Origin: Octopus vulgaris
Taxonomy: Eukaryota
Length of the DNA: 64,000 nt
Assembly (NCBI GenBank): GCA_951406725.2
Contig: OX597819.1
Span: 48,856,001 to 48,920,000, forward strand
Direction: 5' to 3'
Shown here: positions 10,334 through 22,829 of the stretch, in pieces
Layout of the letters: every line of letters starts with the position of its first letter
How positions within the stretch are numbered: the stretch's first letter is position 1
Position numbers and translations under genes: made by a program
The notes under the pieces: model-generated
Seen by the model: the letters and a program-made list of their open reading frames with translations, nothing else
Databases searched by the model: none
Told to the model about the DNA's origin: nothing

Positions 10334-13300
10334 TTTCTGCTACTTGGATATAGGTGTTATATTCGTCGTAAAAAACTTTCCTGTCACACACTCACGCACA
10401 CGCACACACACACACACACGCACCCTCACACACGCGCACACCCACACACACCCACTCACGTTAGCTTACAATTTTATTTATATATTTGCGTGTGTATGTG
10501 TGGAAAGAGGAAGTGGGAGGCAGAGTGAAAGAATCACTCACTACAGTAAGTCAATTACTTTCATTTTATTCGTTGCCCACTGTGTGTGTGCGTTTGCGTG
10601 TGGTGTAAACCAGACTAAGAAAAGCATTTGACACACACACCAGAATGTGAGTTTTCTGTAAATTTTGCTTAATTGGAGTTTAAATTTTAAAAACTGGACC
10701 TGGCATGACGCGATGCATTGTACTGTTAAAAATGCTAGGTAAATTGTAATTGAAGAAATCCTATATTGTAGATTTGTACAACTCCCAAAGGGAGGCAGAT
10801 AAAATCTGCCTTTTATAATAAGAGACTAGCAGTATCGCCCGGCGTTGCTCGGGTTTGTAAGGGAAATAATTATATAAGCATTTTTAGAGATGTAAAGTAT
10901 AATAGCCATCTCAATATGGCTAACCACAAAGGGGGAGGGGTGTTACTGTAGCTTTTTACGTTCTGAGATTTAATAATAAATTTTAGAGAGTTACTTCCCT
11001 TATATATGTCAAAAATGGATTAAAAATGGGAAAAATTGATGGTAAATTTTTTTTTAAATCGTAGACTCATCGTAGACGCACGCTAATACCCAGACGGTCT
11101 CGATATGAATCACGACTATAAGATACCCGGTTTTGGTTAAACTGCACCGCAAAATGTGGGAGTAGTTAGGAATCTAAATCGTAGGAGACAGACACACAAC
11201 CTCACTTTTATATATAAAGATTTCCTCTATTTACATAATATTGAGGTCTCTTTCTTTCTTTTGTTATCTTACTGTTTTTACCAATATACATATATATATA
11301 TATATATAAATATATATATAGTTACAGAGATGTACTTGCATAGCAAGTGACTTGATCTGAGATCGTGTGCTGGAACGAAAACAGTTGCAGCGTTGAAGGT
11401 GTTTATAAGCCATTTAAGAAACACACAAAAACCGTTAGATTCACTTCAACATTTAAATTTAATTTGTCAAAATATTTTCATCGCTTTGAGACCGCGACCT
11501 GTTAGCACGATATTTTTGTCAGTGAACAGGTCGCGGTCTCAAAGCGACGAAAATATTTTGGCAAATTAAATTTAAATGTTGAAGTGAATGTAACGGTTTT
11601 TGTGTGTTTCTTAAATGGCTTACAAACACCTTCCACGCTGCAATATATATATACACACATATATATATATGTATGTATGTATGTATGTGTGTATATGTGT
11701 ATGCATGTATGTGTGTGTGTGTGCGTGTCTGTGCTTGTGATTGTCCTCCACCACTGCTTGACAACGAATGTTGGTTTGTTTACATCCCTGTCACCTAGTG
11801 GTTTGACAAAGGAAACAGATAGAATAAGTACAATGCTTACAAAAATAAAAGTGGAGTTGATTCATTAAACTACAATTCTTTAAGGCATTGCCCCAGCATG
11901 GCTACAGACCAATGGCTGGAAAAAGCAGAAGAATAAAAGAATACATTCTCTGCTTTGGTCAAGGCATGAGAAAGCTTGAGTTTACATGAGAAGGCCTAAC
12001 AGACCTGGTAGAAACAGCAGCCAAATCTCCCTCAAATCACACCTTACTGTCTTATGTATGTATATATATATGAGCCAATGAGGGGGACCTCTACATGGTA
12101 GCTAGACCTGGTAGAAATAGCAGCCAAATTTCCCCCAAATCACACCTTACTGTCTTATCTATGTATATATGTATGTATGAGCCTATGAGGGAGACCCCTA
12201 CATGGCAGCTAGACCTGGTAGTAATAGCAGCCAAATTTCCCCCAAATCACACCTTACTGTCTTATCTATGTATATATGTATGTATGAGCCTATGAGGGAG
12301 ACCCCTACATGGCAGCTAGACATGGTAGAAATAGCAGCCAAATCTCCCTCAAATCACACCTTACTGTCTTATCTTTCTGCTACTTGGATATAGGTGTTAT
12401 ATTCGTCGTAAAAAACTTTCCTATCACACACTCACGCACACGCACACACACACACACACGCACCCTCACACACACACACACGCGCACACCCACACACACG
12501 TTAGCTTACAATTTTATTTATATATTTGCGTGTGTATGTGTGGAAAGAGGAAGTGGGAAGCAGAGTGAAAGAATCACTCACTACAGTAAGTCAATTACTT
12601 TCATTTTATTCGTTGCCCACTGTGTGTGTGCGTTTGCGTGTGGTGTAAACCAGACTAAGAAAAGCATTTGACACACACACCAGAATGTGAGTTTTCTGTA
12701 AATTTTGCTTAATTGGAGTTTAAATTTTAAAAACTGGACCTGGCATGACGCGATGCATTGTACTCTTAAAACTGCTAGGTAAATTGTAATTGAAGAAATC
12801 CTATATTGTAGATTTGTATAACTCCCAAAGGGAGGCAGATAAAATCTGCCTTTTATAATAAGAGATAAAGATATATAAACCACAGTTTATATAGTTACCT
12901 TGCAGTTGAGTATTAATTGTAATGTTCAATATTCTTTGTATAGGTAACTAACCAGTACTTTCATAGGATTTTGTTATCCCTGAATGAGGTTTGTAACATT
13001 TATTTGTGCTTATATATATATATATATATATGTGTGTATATATACATACATACATAAATATGTATGTATATATATATATATATTTCTGTTTGTGTTAGAG
13101 GTTGGGAAACCAACCAACTAAGGGATAATAACTATCCAATATACTGCTGGTTGTGTACCCAATTATTCATACCCAAGTGCTAGTTATTGCATGACAATCT
13201 CGCAATTGAGTGTTATATATGGGCGGGGGTAAAAAGTGGTTTACCCTTAATTTATATGACAAATAAGAAAATGGAGAGGATACAAAAACGACATACATCA

Positions 13301-13359
13301 GTCAGTAAACATTCTAGTATGCCTATTTATTCCAATGTATTAGAATGTATTAGAAGAAT

Positions 13360-14256
13360 TGAACAGGACGTCCAGCTGAGTTTGATAAGCTCCTTGAGGC
13401 ATTACTTGAAGGAAATCCTGCATTATCAGTTGAAGAATTGGCAATAAAGCTTACTTCAAACCATACAACTGTTCATCGTCATCTTCAACAACTTGGAAAA
13501 TGGGTGCCTCATGAATTGTCCGAAAGCAACTGCAAATCCTGAGTTGACATCTGCTCTTCCCTCCATTCTCGCGAACTCATTTCACCCTTTTTGGATAGAC
13601 TTGTGACTGGTGATGAAAAATGGATCTTCTATTGAAATGTTAAATGTCGTAAACAGTGGCTTGGTAAAAGTGAAAAAGCTCAACCACAACTGAGAAGGGA
13701 ACTTCATGGGAAAAAGGTTCTTCTCTCTGTCTAGTGGGATTGCAAAGGAGTAATTCACTTTGAATTGTTATCACCTAATGCAACAATCAATGCTCAAGTC
13801 CACTGTCAGTAATTAGAGTGTTTGAACCAAGCTTTGAAAAAAAAAAAGACCCGCTTTAGTGAATCGAAAAGGAGTGATGTTTCATCAGGACAATGTGTGG
13901 CCCCACTCTGCAAAGATCACATCACAGAAGATCGAAGAGCTTGGTTGGGAAAAAGTTCCTCATCCACCTTATTCTCCTGACCTCGCTCTTTCAGACTACC
14001 ATTTGTTTCATAGTCTACAGAATCATTTGAGGGACATAACTTTCACAAGCCAGGAGGAGGTTGAAACTGACATTTCAGAGTTCTTCGCTTTGAAACCAAA
14101 AGAGTTTTACATTGATGGGATTAAAAAGCTTGTAAATAGATGGAAGGAAGTCATACATAATCAAGGAAAGTACATTGATGATGAAATTTCAATTAAATAT
14201 AATATTTGATCACTTATTTTCTTTATTCAAAATTTGGACAGAATTTATGGGATGAC

Positions 14257-14260
<4 letters not shown>
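13360..14260 (+). mobile_element. 5'-truncated mariner transposon with 3' TIR; transposase pseudogene
   Basis: WVPHEL, LVTGDEKWIF, FHQDNVWPH, HPPYSPDLALSDYHLF (ORF 13859-14209); 3' TIR TTTATGGGATGACCTGA followed by TA, matching the TIR core of the element at 4450. Confidence 0.93.
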
Positions 14261-14296
<36 letters not shown>

Positions 14297-14298
<2 letters not shown>

Positions 14299-14747
14299 TG
14301 CCAGTGGAGCGTTAAAAGCACCATGCAAGCATGATTGTTGCCAGGGCTGCTGACTGGCTCCTGTGCGGTGGCACGTAAAAAGCACCATTCGAGCATGATC
14401 GTTGCCAGCGTCACGTCACTGTCACATGTGCTGGTAGCACATGAAAAACAACATTTGAGTGTGGTCGTTGCCAGTGCTGCTGGACTGGCTCCCGTGCAGG
14501 TGGCACGTAAAAAACACCTTTGAGCATGGTCGTTGCCTGTACCACCTGACTGGCCCTCGTGCTCATGGCATGTAAAAGCACCCACTACACTCTCGGAGTG
14601 GTTGGCGTTAGGAAGGGCATCCAGCTGTAGAAACTTTGCTAGATCAGATTGGAGCCTGGTGCAGCCTTCTGGCTCGCCAGTCCTCAGTCAAAAACGTCCA
14701 ACCTATGCCAGCATATAGAGCGGACGTTAAACGACGATGATGATGAT
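14297..14747 (+). mobile_element. RTE LINE 3' tail with degenerate ~60-bp repeats
   Basis: Several GGCACGTAAAAAGCACC motifs, GGCGTTAGGAAGGGCATCCAGC, (GAT)n end. Confidence 0.88.
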
Positions 14748-14748
14748 T

Positions 14749-15001
14749 ATGTAATAACCATGTATTACATACACATGTACTAATATTACAGAAAAGAGCA
14801 AAAGATCAGATTGTTAGTAGGTACTAGTTCCTACTGACAATCTGATCTTTTGCTCTTTTCTGTAATATTAGTACATGTGTATGTAATACATAGTTATTAC
14901 ATGTGTATGTATTCTTCTAATACATTGGAATAAATAGACATACTAGAATGTCTACCGGCTGATGTATGTCGTTTCTGTACCCTCTCCATTTTCTTATTTG
15001 C
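14749..15001. repeat. Palindrome centred at ~14826 whose left arm continues at 13258-13359
   Basis: Near-perfect hairpin at 14749-14901; ~14909-15001 is the reverse complement of ~13258-13345. Confidence 0.85.
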
Positions 15002-15979
15002 CGTGTGTGTGTGTGTATATATATACACATGTATATATGTATGTGTGTGAGAGTGAGAGTGAGAGAGAGAGTGATAGAGCAGGTGATTTGAATAACCAAT
15101 GAAATGAGTTTGTACGACAGGCAAATTTGGTTATATGATATTCCATATTTGATTTATGTAGAATCTTTTGAATTTGATATATCTATTTATTGATTTCACT
15201 CAGATTTTATGTCATAGCCTGTTTATATTTCTTTTAATCATTACTCGAGCACTTTCGTGAATAATAAACCTGAATAATAATAAACCCAGTAAAATTGTTT
15301 ATGTATTTCACTGATATAAGCGTATTTTATAATTTTTATTTTACATTTGTATACATCTACAGGGTTGTTCAGAAACTCATATATTTTATTGTTATGAATG
15401 CGATTCGATGAATGGGGGGTTAACGTGCAACAAAACCGTAAGGCACTATGAATTGAACAATCTGGATCATCTTAAAGAACTGAGAGTAAAACAAAAATTC
15501 AAACGAATATGCCATCTACTTTGAATAGCAATCACTTTTTATGTTCAGTCAATGGACTTCTCTTTAAGTCAATAACTTAACCCATAAAGCGCTGGGATTT
15601 GCACTTACATAGCATGGACTGCTGAGTACATTTTATGAAAATGAGACTACCATGCACACATAAAAAAAAAGCAAAAAAATTGTTAAAATATTTTAGTATA
15701 TAATGGTGGTAAGCTTTACATAATCTGAAAAGTCATTAGTTGAACTATTAATCCTTTTGCATTCTGGGGGTATCGGAGCGTTTAAGTGACATTAGACCCC
15801 CAACAAACGCCCATAAACTAAATGCATCTATCTGGGCCACGATCGTGGCCTGACGGCCATGAGCGTGGCCCGTCGCGTTTTATGTGTTAAAATCTCATTA
15901 AAGACGTACACATACACATATATGTATGTATATCATTATCATCATTTAGCATCTATTTTCCAGGATGGCATTTGTTAGA

Positions 15980-16394
15980 GAATCTTTTCGGTTTGAACGG
16001 CAGTTTTTTAAAATAATTTCCACGTAACTAAACACTTTTAAACTTCATATACTGGTAGTATGTGTTTATAAAACATCTTTTTCTCTTGGCTTTATTGAGA
16101 AAATTCAATAGTTTGTAAGGTATTTGTTGTTTTTTCCTTCAATTTCTGCAATTTCAACCAATCAATGACGTCTTTTGAGGTGAAAACATTCTGTGCCGTA
16201 TGAATATGTCCCTCGTTTAAGAAATAGATTGGGTTTATTTAGATTTCTGAAGAAAAAAAGATACCCTTTCCCCCACCCCTAACCTTAACCCCAAAACAGA
16301 TTGAAATGCAATGGATTGATACTAGGGTCATAATTATGGGTGATAATTTCATATGACACCGCTAGAAAAACTGCCGTTCAAACCGAAAAGATTC
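15980..16394. mobile_element. MITE with 29-bp TIRs and 9-bp TSD (Mutator/MULE-like), inserted in an RTE tail
   Basis: TIR GAATCTTTTCGGTTTGAACGGCAGTTTTT and its exact reverse complement; TSD TTTGTTAGA at 15971-15979 and 16395-16403. Confidence 0.9.
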
Positions 16395-16819
16395 TTTGTT
16401 AGACAGTTTGATTGGGGCTGGAGAGCTGTACTATAAGCTCCAGTCTGATTTGGCTTGATTTCTATGGCTAGATGCTGTTTCTAACTCCAACCATCAGAAC
16501 TAACACAAAAGGAAAAACCAAAAGGTTAGACCCTCATACGTCGAAATTGAGGAAAAAGTCTATTATTGTTATTTTATTACACACACACGTTTGAAACGTC
16601 AGAACTATTTCGTTTCATTCTAAACGTTAAACTCATACAACAGTTGTTAAAATTTGTCTCGTATTGTCTTGTTTTTGCACTTATTGTCTAACACATATAT
16701 ATGTATGTGTTGTGTGTGTGCGCTCCAGCAAGTAAAAGAATAAAATGTGTGTGTATGAATAATTTCCTAATATATAACATTATTATCAACCTTCCCCCAT
16801 CACACAAATACAATATATG

Positions 16820-18100
16820 TGCGTGCGTGTCTGCAATGTGAGGCACAATGCTAAATCGTTTTTGTTTATCAATTACATAAGACGCCATTTTGAGTTAAAC
16901 ATGGCGAAGTCATACAATCACCGCTAAATACACATGCAATGAAAGACGCCATGTCAAACGTATTCTCGTTTGTGAGCACTTCAAACGCTTCAGACTGTTG
17001 TTGCATTCATTTCCCAGCGGTGATATTGAATTTAGCAGTAGACAAAAGGCGACATGTGAAGTGAACAATGAGGTGAGTTGGCTATCTGAATCAGCTATTT
17101 AAATAAATTTACGTTTCATTATAACTCTAATAGAAAAATTGTGCAAAAAAAAACAACAAAAAAACTAACAAAAACATCGGAAAAAAGATATGCACCTACC
17201 CTTCGTTTTTTAATATCAAAATAATACAAATATCTGAAAACACGTATCATTATTATTTAACTAATATGTTTTTTATTGTTGTTGGTTTCATATGTCTGTG
17301 GCGATTTTATTTAGTTATACATAGTATATTTAGTTGTTTCGTTATTTCTGCCTCACCCAACTGAAAAAGTGTTATCGGGTAGATTGATGTTAACAATTGT
17401 ATATAATTACCGAAGAATATCATAAAGCCGCATTGTGCCATATTGATTTTCTAAAAAAATTATTGATTTCAGAATGATTGGTTCAAGATGATGACTTCCA
17501 TATTAAGTTGTAACTGTTGTTTCATCCCATATCAGCAATTATCTTTCTTTCTTCTATTATAATTCATTTTGCATGTTTGATACCTTAACGGAAGACATTG
17601 TGGTTTTTTTCGCTTGGAACCTCTTGACGATTTTAAAAATGCCAACGTCAACCATTTTTTAAAGATATCTTCAATAAGAATTACTGCAGGGCTTAACATA
17701 CAACAGGTGCAAGCCATCGTCTTCTGACTAGATGACAAGCCGAATCCGAAAATAGTTTTTCATTAATAGATCGTGTAAAGCTCCTTGTCAACAATTGCAA
17801 CTGCAGAAGGGTTGACCTGGCAGCTTTTGAATCTAATTTAGTGCACGACGTGTTCACTTCCTGGATGCTGTCGCGCGCTGTTTGAAAATCACTTGTTATT
17901 GCCAATGTGAATTTTTACGAGGTCGTCTGTCAGGTCAGGGTGATAGAAACTAGTCAAGTCCATCACTTCGTGACGAAGAAAAATGCACAACAAAGATGTT
18001 AATTTTGTGGTTATGCTGAGTTACAATAGCAAATCAAAAGTGTCAAGCACAAAAAAACTATTTTTTGGTATTGGAACTCATCGTTGGCAAACTTATGTTC
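16820..18100. promoter_or_regulatory. CpG-retaining unique region; candidate promoter and first exon
   Basis: Three YY1-like (CGCCAT) motifs at 16881, 16898 and 16945; consensus donor AG|GTGAGT at 17072/17073; ETS-like CACTTCCTGG at 17855; more CpG than the flanks. Confidence 0.4.
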
Positions 18101-18144
18101 AGTTGGCCTCTCAAACGTGGCATATCAGTACGAAAGGTTTTCAG

Positions 18145-18312
18145 CAGTAGCATAGCTAGTGGAGCAAGAGTAGGGCGCAGTCCGCCTCGTGTGACGCTTT
18201 TATGGGGGGCGGCACTTATTGGTTTGCTGGATAAGCGTGTATAGGTGTAGGAACCCGGGAGGGCGGAAACTCAAAGGTTGCCCTGGTGACACACACTCTA
18301 GCTACCCCACTG
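18145..18312. mobile_element. hAT-like MITE (CAGTGGCGTAGCTAG-type TIR); relatives at 42524-42684 and ~30170-30321
   Basis: TIR CAGTAGCATAGCTAG / CTAGCTACCCCACTG; degenerate 8-bp TSD GTTTTCAG/GTCTTCTG. Confidence 0.7.
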
Positions 18313-18428
18313 GTCTTCTGGATATAAATTGTAAAGAGCTACATTGCTCTACATGATTAATTCGCAAAGCGAAATGTGACATAGCGTGGGATGTACAGTC
18401 CACTTAGGGCACCCACTTTGGGTAAGAC

Positions 18429-18598
18429 CAATGCTCCGCAACCTTTTTGCCCTTGTGGTACACTTATATACTTTTCAAAATTTGGCGGCATACCTGAACT
18501 AAAAATATAGTGGAAAAATTGTATTCAGGTTACACTGTGGCACACCTAATGCCATCTCGTGGCACACCAGTGTGGAGCGGCACGGGTGGGTAAGGCTA
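18429..18598. mobile_element. Degenerate hAT-Charlie-like MITE
   Basis: Begins CAATGCTCCGCAACCTTTTT, has internal GGCACACC repeats typical of such MITEs; termini decayed. Confidence 0.45.
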
Positions 18599-20429
18599 AC
18601 ATGTTGAATGTATGTTACATTTAAGGAAGGGGTGGTCAATTTGTCTCTTGTACAGGGAGGCTAGAATCTACACTACGCTACTGAAAGTGAAACAATATTA
18701 TTATTATTATAAAATCACTCTTAGAAGTCGTGTCTGCTGAAAAATCGCGCATCACTGCTCATGAGCAAACAAACAAAATTTTGTTATGACACGCCTCTGA
18801 AACTTTGTAACAATATATTTTTATCTTGTCTTCAAATATGAGAAGAGTGATGAGATTTGGGCATTTCAAGTAGTGATGGCGACAGATTTTACAAAGCAAG
18901 TATCAAAAATTAATAATCTAAAACCTTAAACATTTAATCCTTGCCTTGTTTCATTGAAATTTATTGTTGCATGGACCTAGATTTACTATGAGCCGTCCTT
19001 TTAAAGGATTTGGTGGAACATTCAGAATAAAATGAAAGTAAAAGAATGTTAGCCAATGACATAGATGATATAATCGAATAGAGAATCTCTCTAGGAGACC
19101 TTGAGGCCACATATTATGAGTTATAACGAGGCCACATATTACGAGGTGTAAGATGTTGCATTGTTTAGGCTTAAATAATCGGTTCATCCTGCATGTCCCT
19201 AACTATTGGTCACTTGAACCGGCCATGTGATGGTGTAGTAATTTCTTGGATTGATCTAGTTTTATACAGAATATATTTTTGTATCCAATTGCGTTGTGCA
19301 ACAGACCAACCAGTGCAGCAAAATCAAATGCCTGTTGAATCTTTTTCTATCAATAAATAGGAGAATTTTGCCTGCTTTCAGCAGTGAGGTGAGAATTTTC
19401 TGAGAGAGGGGAGAGACTGCCAGGAAGTTATGTCATGTAATTTTGTTCCTGTTTGAAAAGCACTTATAACCAAGTTTCAACTGAGCTGAGAACAGACGTA
19501 TGTTTTCTATGGACTGTTATTTTCATGATGTATCCAACTGGTTTGCTGTACAAGTTCATTTAGCGAATGAATGAAGTGTTGCAATTCATTGAAAACTCAT
19601 TTTCTTGTATTTCTTTCCACTCATGGAACCAAGAACTTGTAATAATACAAGAGTCAGAGACACGCTTCATTCCAGTTAAAATGGTAATCGGAGTGCAACA
19701 TCCTGTAACAGATTATGTGTCCTATCAATATATATAGTATATTTTAAGTACATTATAACCTACTTGAATTATCTAAATTTATCATTGATCCATTTGAATT
19801 ATTTCTCTAAGCTCACTCAACTTATGTTGGCTAAAAGTCCACTTTAGTCTTTTTCTGATTGCAAAGAATGTATAGGGTGATTGAAGCAAGATTAAGAAGG
19901 CTATATTTCGCTCTTGAGATCTAATATAAACAAAACATGTTTGTGAAGCTGTCATTTTGCTTACTAAAAGAAATTATTTCCTCTTATTGTAAGCTTGAAT
20001 ATCCAATTTCATCCGAATTCAAATTCCATCTCATTTGAAAAGTTGCTAACTGGTGCTGTGAGGTTTTCATTTTCCTTCACCAACCAAGAAAGAAATTTCA
20101 GTTCATTCATAGTTTGCATACAACATTCAATGCATTGCAACTTATCTAAAATTACGAATGGATGATATACCTTACTCGATGCTTTACTACTCACCTGTAT
20201 GAGCGATGTGGCAAATAAACTGGAAAGGTTGACTATGCTATATTTCTTGGCTAATAAGACATTACAACTCGCATCCTATAATTTGTAAAGCATACACTTG
20301 CGATAAAAGATTTTGGATGATTTATGAACATATACTATCAAAGGTTTATTTTATAAAAGTATTTAATTTAAAACAAAAAAACTAAGGTTGAAGGCAATGC
20401 AAAGTGGGCATAACTCTTTTTATAACTGA

Positions 20430-20870
20430 CATAGGTCATTCAAACTGCGCATGTAAGTTGAGTAAACCTTCCTTTATATGAGTCTCTTTCACAAGTGATG
20501 CATTTGCACCATTGTTGAAGTTAACTTTCATATCCTCTTTGAAAAAATTTAAATGTGCACTGTTGTACTGTCTTTGAAACAGCTACTTTCATCTTGTCTC
20601 TGTTTTCAAATTGTTGATTCTGAAGATTGTCCATCATTGGAACCACACAAGTAGAAGTCGGAGGACACCAAATCCAGGCTATACGGTGGATGGGGTACAC
20701 TGACCAATTTGTCAAACAACTGATTTATTGCCAAAGATTTGTGTCGCCCACATTGTCATGATAAATATGGATAATTTTCAAATTTTTGTTTGATCTCTTC
20801 CTCTTAATGGCTTCTCAAAGGTTGGATCTTTGTGTCATCTGTGTTTCAGGTCAGAGTAACACGATTGAGG
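20430..20870 (-). mobile_element. Mariner transposase remnant (C-terminal catalytic region)
   Basis: Minus-strand translation gives HDNVGRH and HPPYSLDLVSSDFYLCG. Confidence 0.8.
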
Positions 20871-20890
20871 ACTTTTCATGCCCAGTTATT

Positions 20891-21066
20891 CAGTGGCATA
20901 TGGTGGCTGTTGTATTGGGTGTGCTACCACACCTAATGCCACCAAATTTCAAGCAGGAGTATAGCAAAAGTTTTCCATTAAGATTTGCAATTAAATTAAA
21001 ATTGAATTTGCCATTTTTGATGTGTGTGCAGCACACACCTATCACACCAAAGAATATATGCCCCTA
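20891..21066. mobile_element. hAT MITE with a perfect 8-bp TSD; second copy 36030-36208
   Basis: TIR CAGTGGCATAT / ATATGCCCCTA; TSD CAGTTATT at 20883-20890 and 21067-21074. Confidence 0.85.
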
Positions 21067-22829
21067 CAGTTATTATATTCACAGTCTTTGCCTTGTTATT
21101 TTTGATGGTTTTATTGGACACCCATAGGAGGTATCATCATTGTCAGTTCACAACAAACCAATCAAAAATGGCATTCTACTAATGGTGATGGTAAAACTGT
21201 AAACTTCTTACTAATTACCAGCAATGGATTGCAAAATTAATAAATTTGGTAATCATCGAACTGAGATGTATGTATTACATGTGAATTGTAATTGTAGGCT
21301 TATATTACCAGGTCGAGGTTCTAGTGGGGCCTGGACTTAGATGGGGATCTGGAAAAGTATGTCTTATGAGCTGGGAGAAATATTTGTGGAGTGTCTGTGT
21401 TCCAGTGAGTCTGTGATGAAATTGCAGAGTACAAAAAATAATTTTAAATGTTCTTTTGCATATGTAGACAGAACCACTCTATGAAGACAAATAATTCATT
21501 AGGATGAGAACTCAGACATAGCAATGAATAATTCACAAGTTTATTCATAGCAACTGTTTTGTTTCCTACTATAAAATACCATTATTTTCATATCTTCTTG
21601 AATCGTAATGCACTTAATATTCCAGGAAGATTGAATATCATAGTTTTTCTAAGGACCTTTCACTGCACATTTTAATCTATTGTCACATGTTACTATCAAT
21701 ACAAATGCTTTTCAAATTAGGAAAGGCACTATTTTCATCATCCTCACTGGTTTCAAGTTGTTCATGTTTAAGTTTGATCTGACCTACATGAGCCAAAATC
21801 TCCATCACGTTCCTGGTAATGATAGAAGTGCTGTTTACCACTTGCATCACAAAGTTTCTAATTTTCATTGTTAAACCATTGTTTGTTTGTTTTTTTTTAA
21901 ATATTATATTTGCTCATCTATGGAATAAGGAAGGATGTATCTGATGTCCCTTTGTTACAGAATAATTTTTTAGTCTGGTACAATGAGGGATAGTATAATA
22001 GCTTAGCATTAGTCAAGGTAAAAATAGTTTAGTATTTTCTGTATGTGGGAAGGATGCCTTTAACTGTAATTTCAACTGATTGAACCATTCATTCTGTAAT
22101 TCCTTGTGAGTGTAAGTAATATGAGGATGTTTTTTTAAAGAAATGTAGCTAAGAACAGTGATCCTCATGAAATTTGGGGACATAGTCCTACACCAATATT
22201 TTTGTTTCACCACTCCAAGAGAAAATTATATGTAATACCTGTTTTATGGCTGAACTATTCCTATCAGGAACATAATGTTTGACCACCCCAAAAAGGAATC
22301 TGCCATGATAAGCAGTAATCCAGTACCCTTAATGTTGTTGTAATATTTGTGTACGCAAGTTCAGGGATCTAAAAAAATGGAACCTGTTCTTTTCAAAAAA
22401 TTTTATCTCCGCATATTTAAGGTTTATATATATTCCTTGTTGTGTGAATAGCCAAAGCCGTCATGCCTCAAGCTTCAGGTGATTGCCTTTAACAGTAATG
22501 CTGCAATGGACATTGTTATGAACAGTTAATCACTAATGATTTGCCTCTTAAGTACTTCAATCAAAACAATAAAATCTCAATTGCAAAGAATGTTGCTTCC
22601 CAAAGTTAGTACAGATTTGACCTGCTTATGGGATCACTTAACATTGCAGTAGTTATTCTGAATATTCTGTTTTTTACTTTTATTCTGGAATGATTTTGCT
22701 TGACAATTTTTCAATCACAAAATGTTTCTGAAACTAGGTTAACTAGATTTAACCCTTCAACTCCTATTCACTATGTAAACATTATCTGCATCATTTTCCA
22801 AACTGCTATCCTGCAGTTCTGGTCTAAAA

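Larger units (their letters stand above)
8883..12865 (-). mobile_element. Head-to-tail dimer of a composite Helitron unit (8883-10825 and 10826-12865)
   Basis: Two near-identical ~1.94 and ~2.04 kb copies; minus-strand junction ...CTGCTAG|TCTCTTATTATAAAAGG; outer ends A|TC (12865) and CTAG|T (8883). Confidence 0.85.

Noticed and set aside
13859-14209. Functional transposase or SETMAR-like gene
   Set aside because: The upstream part has multiple stops and frameshifts, there is no 5' end, and no SET domain.
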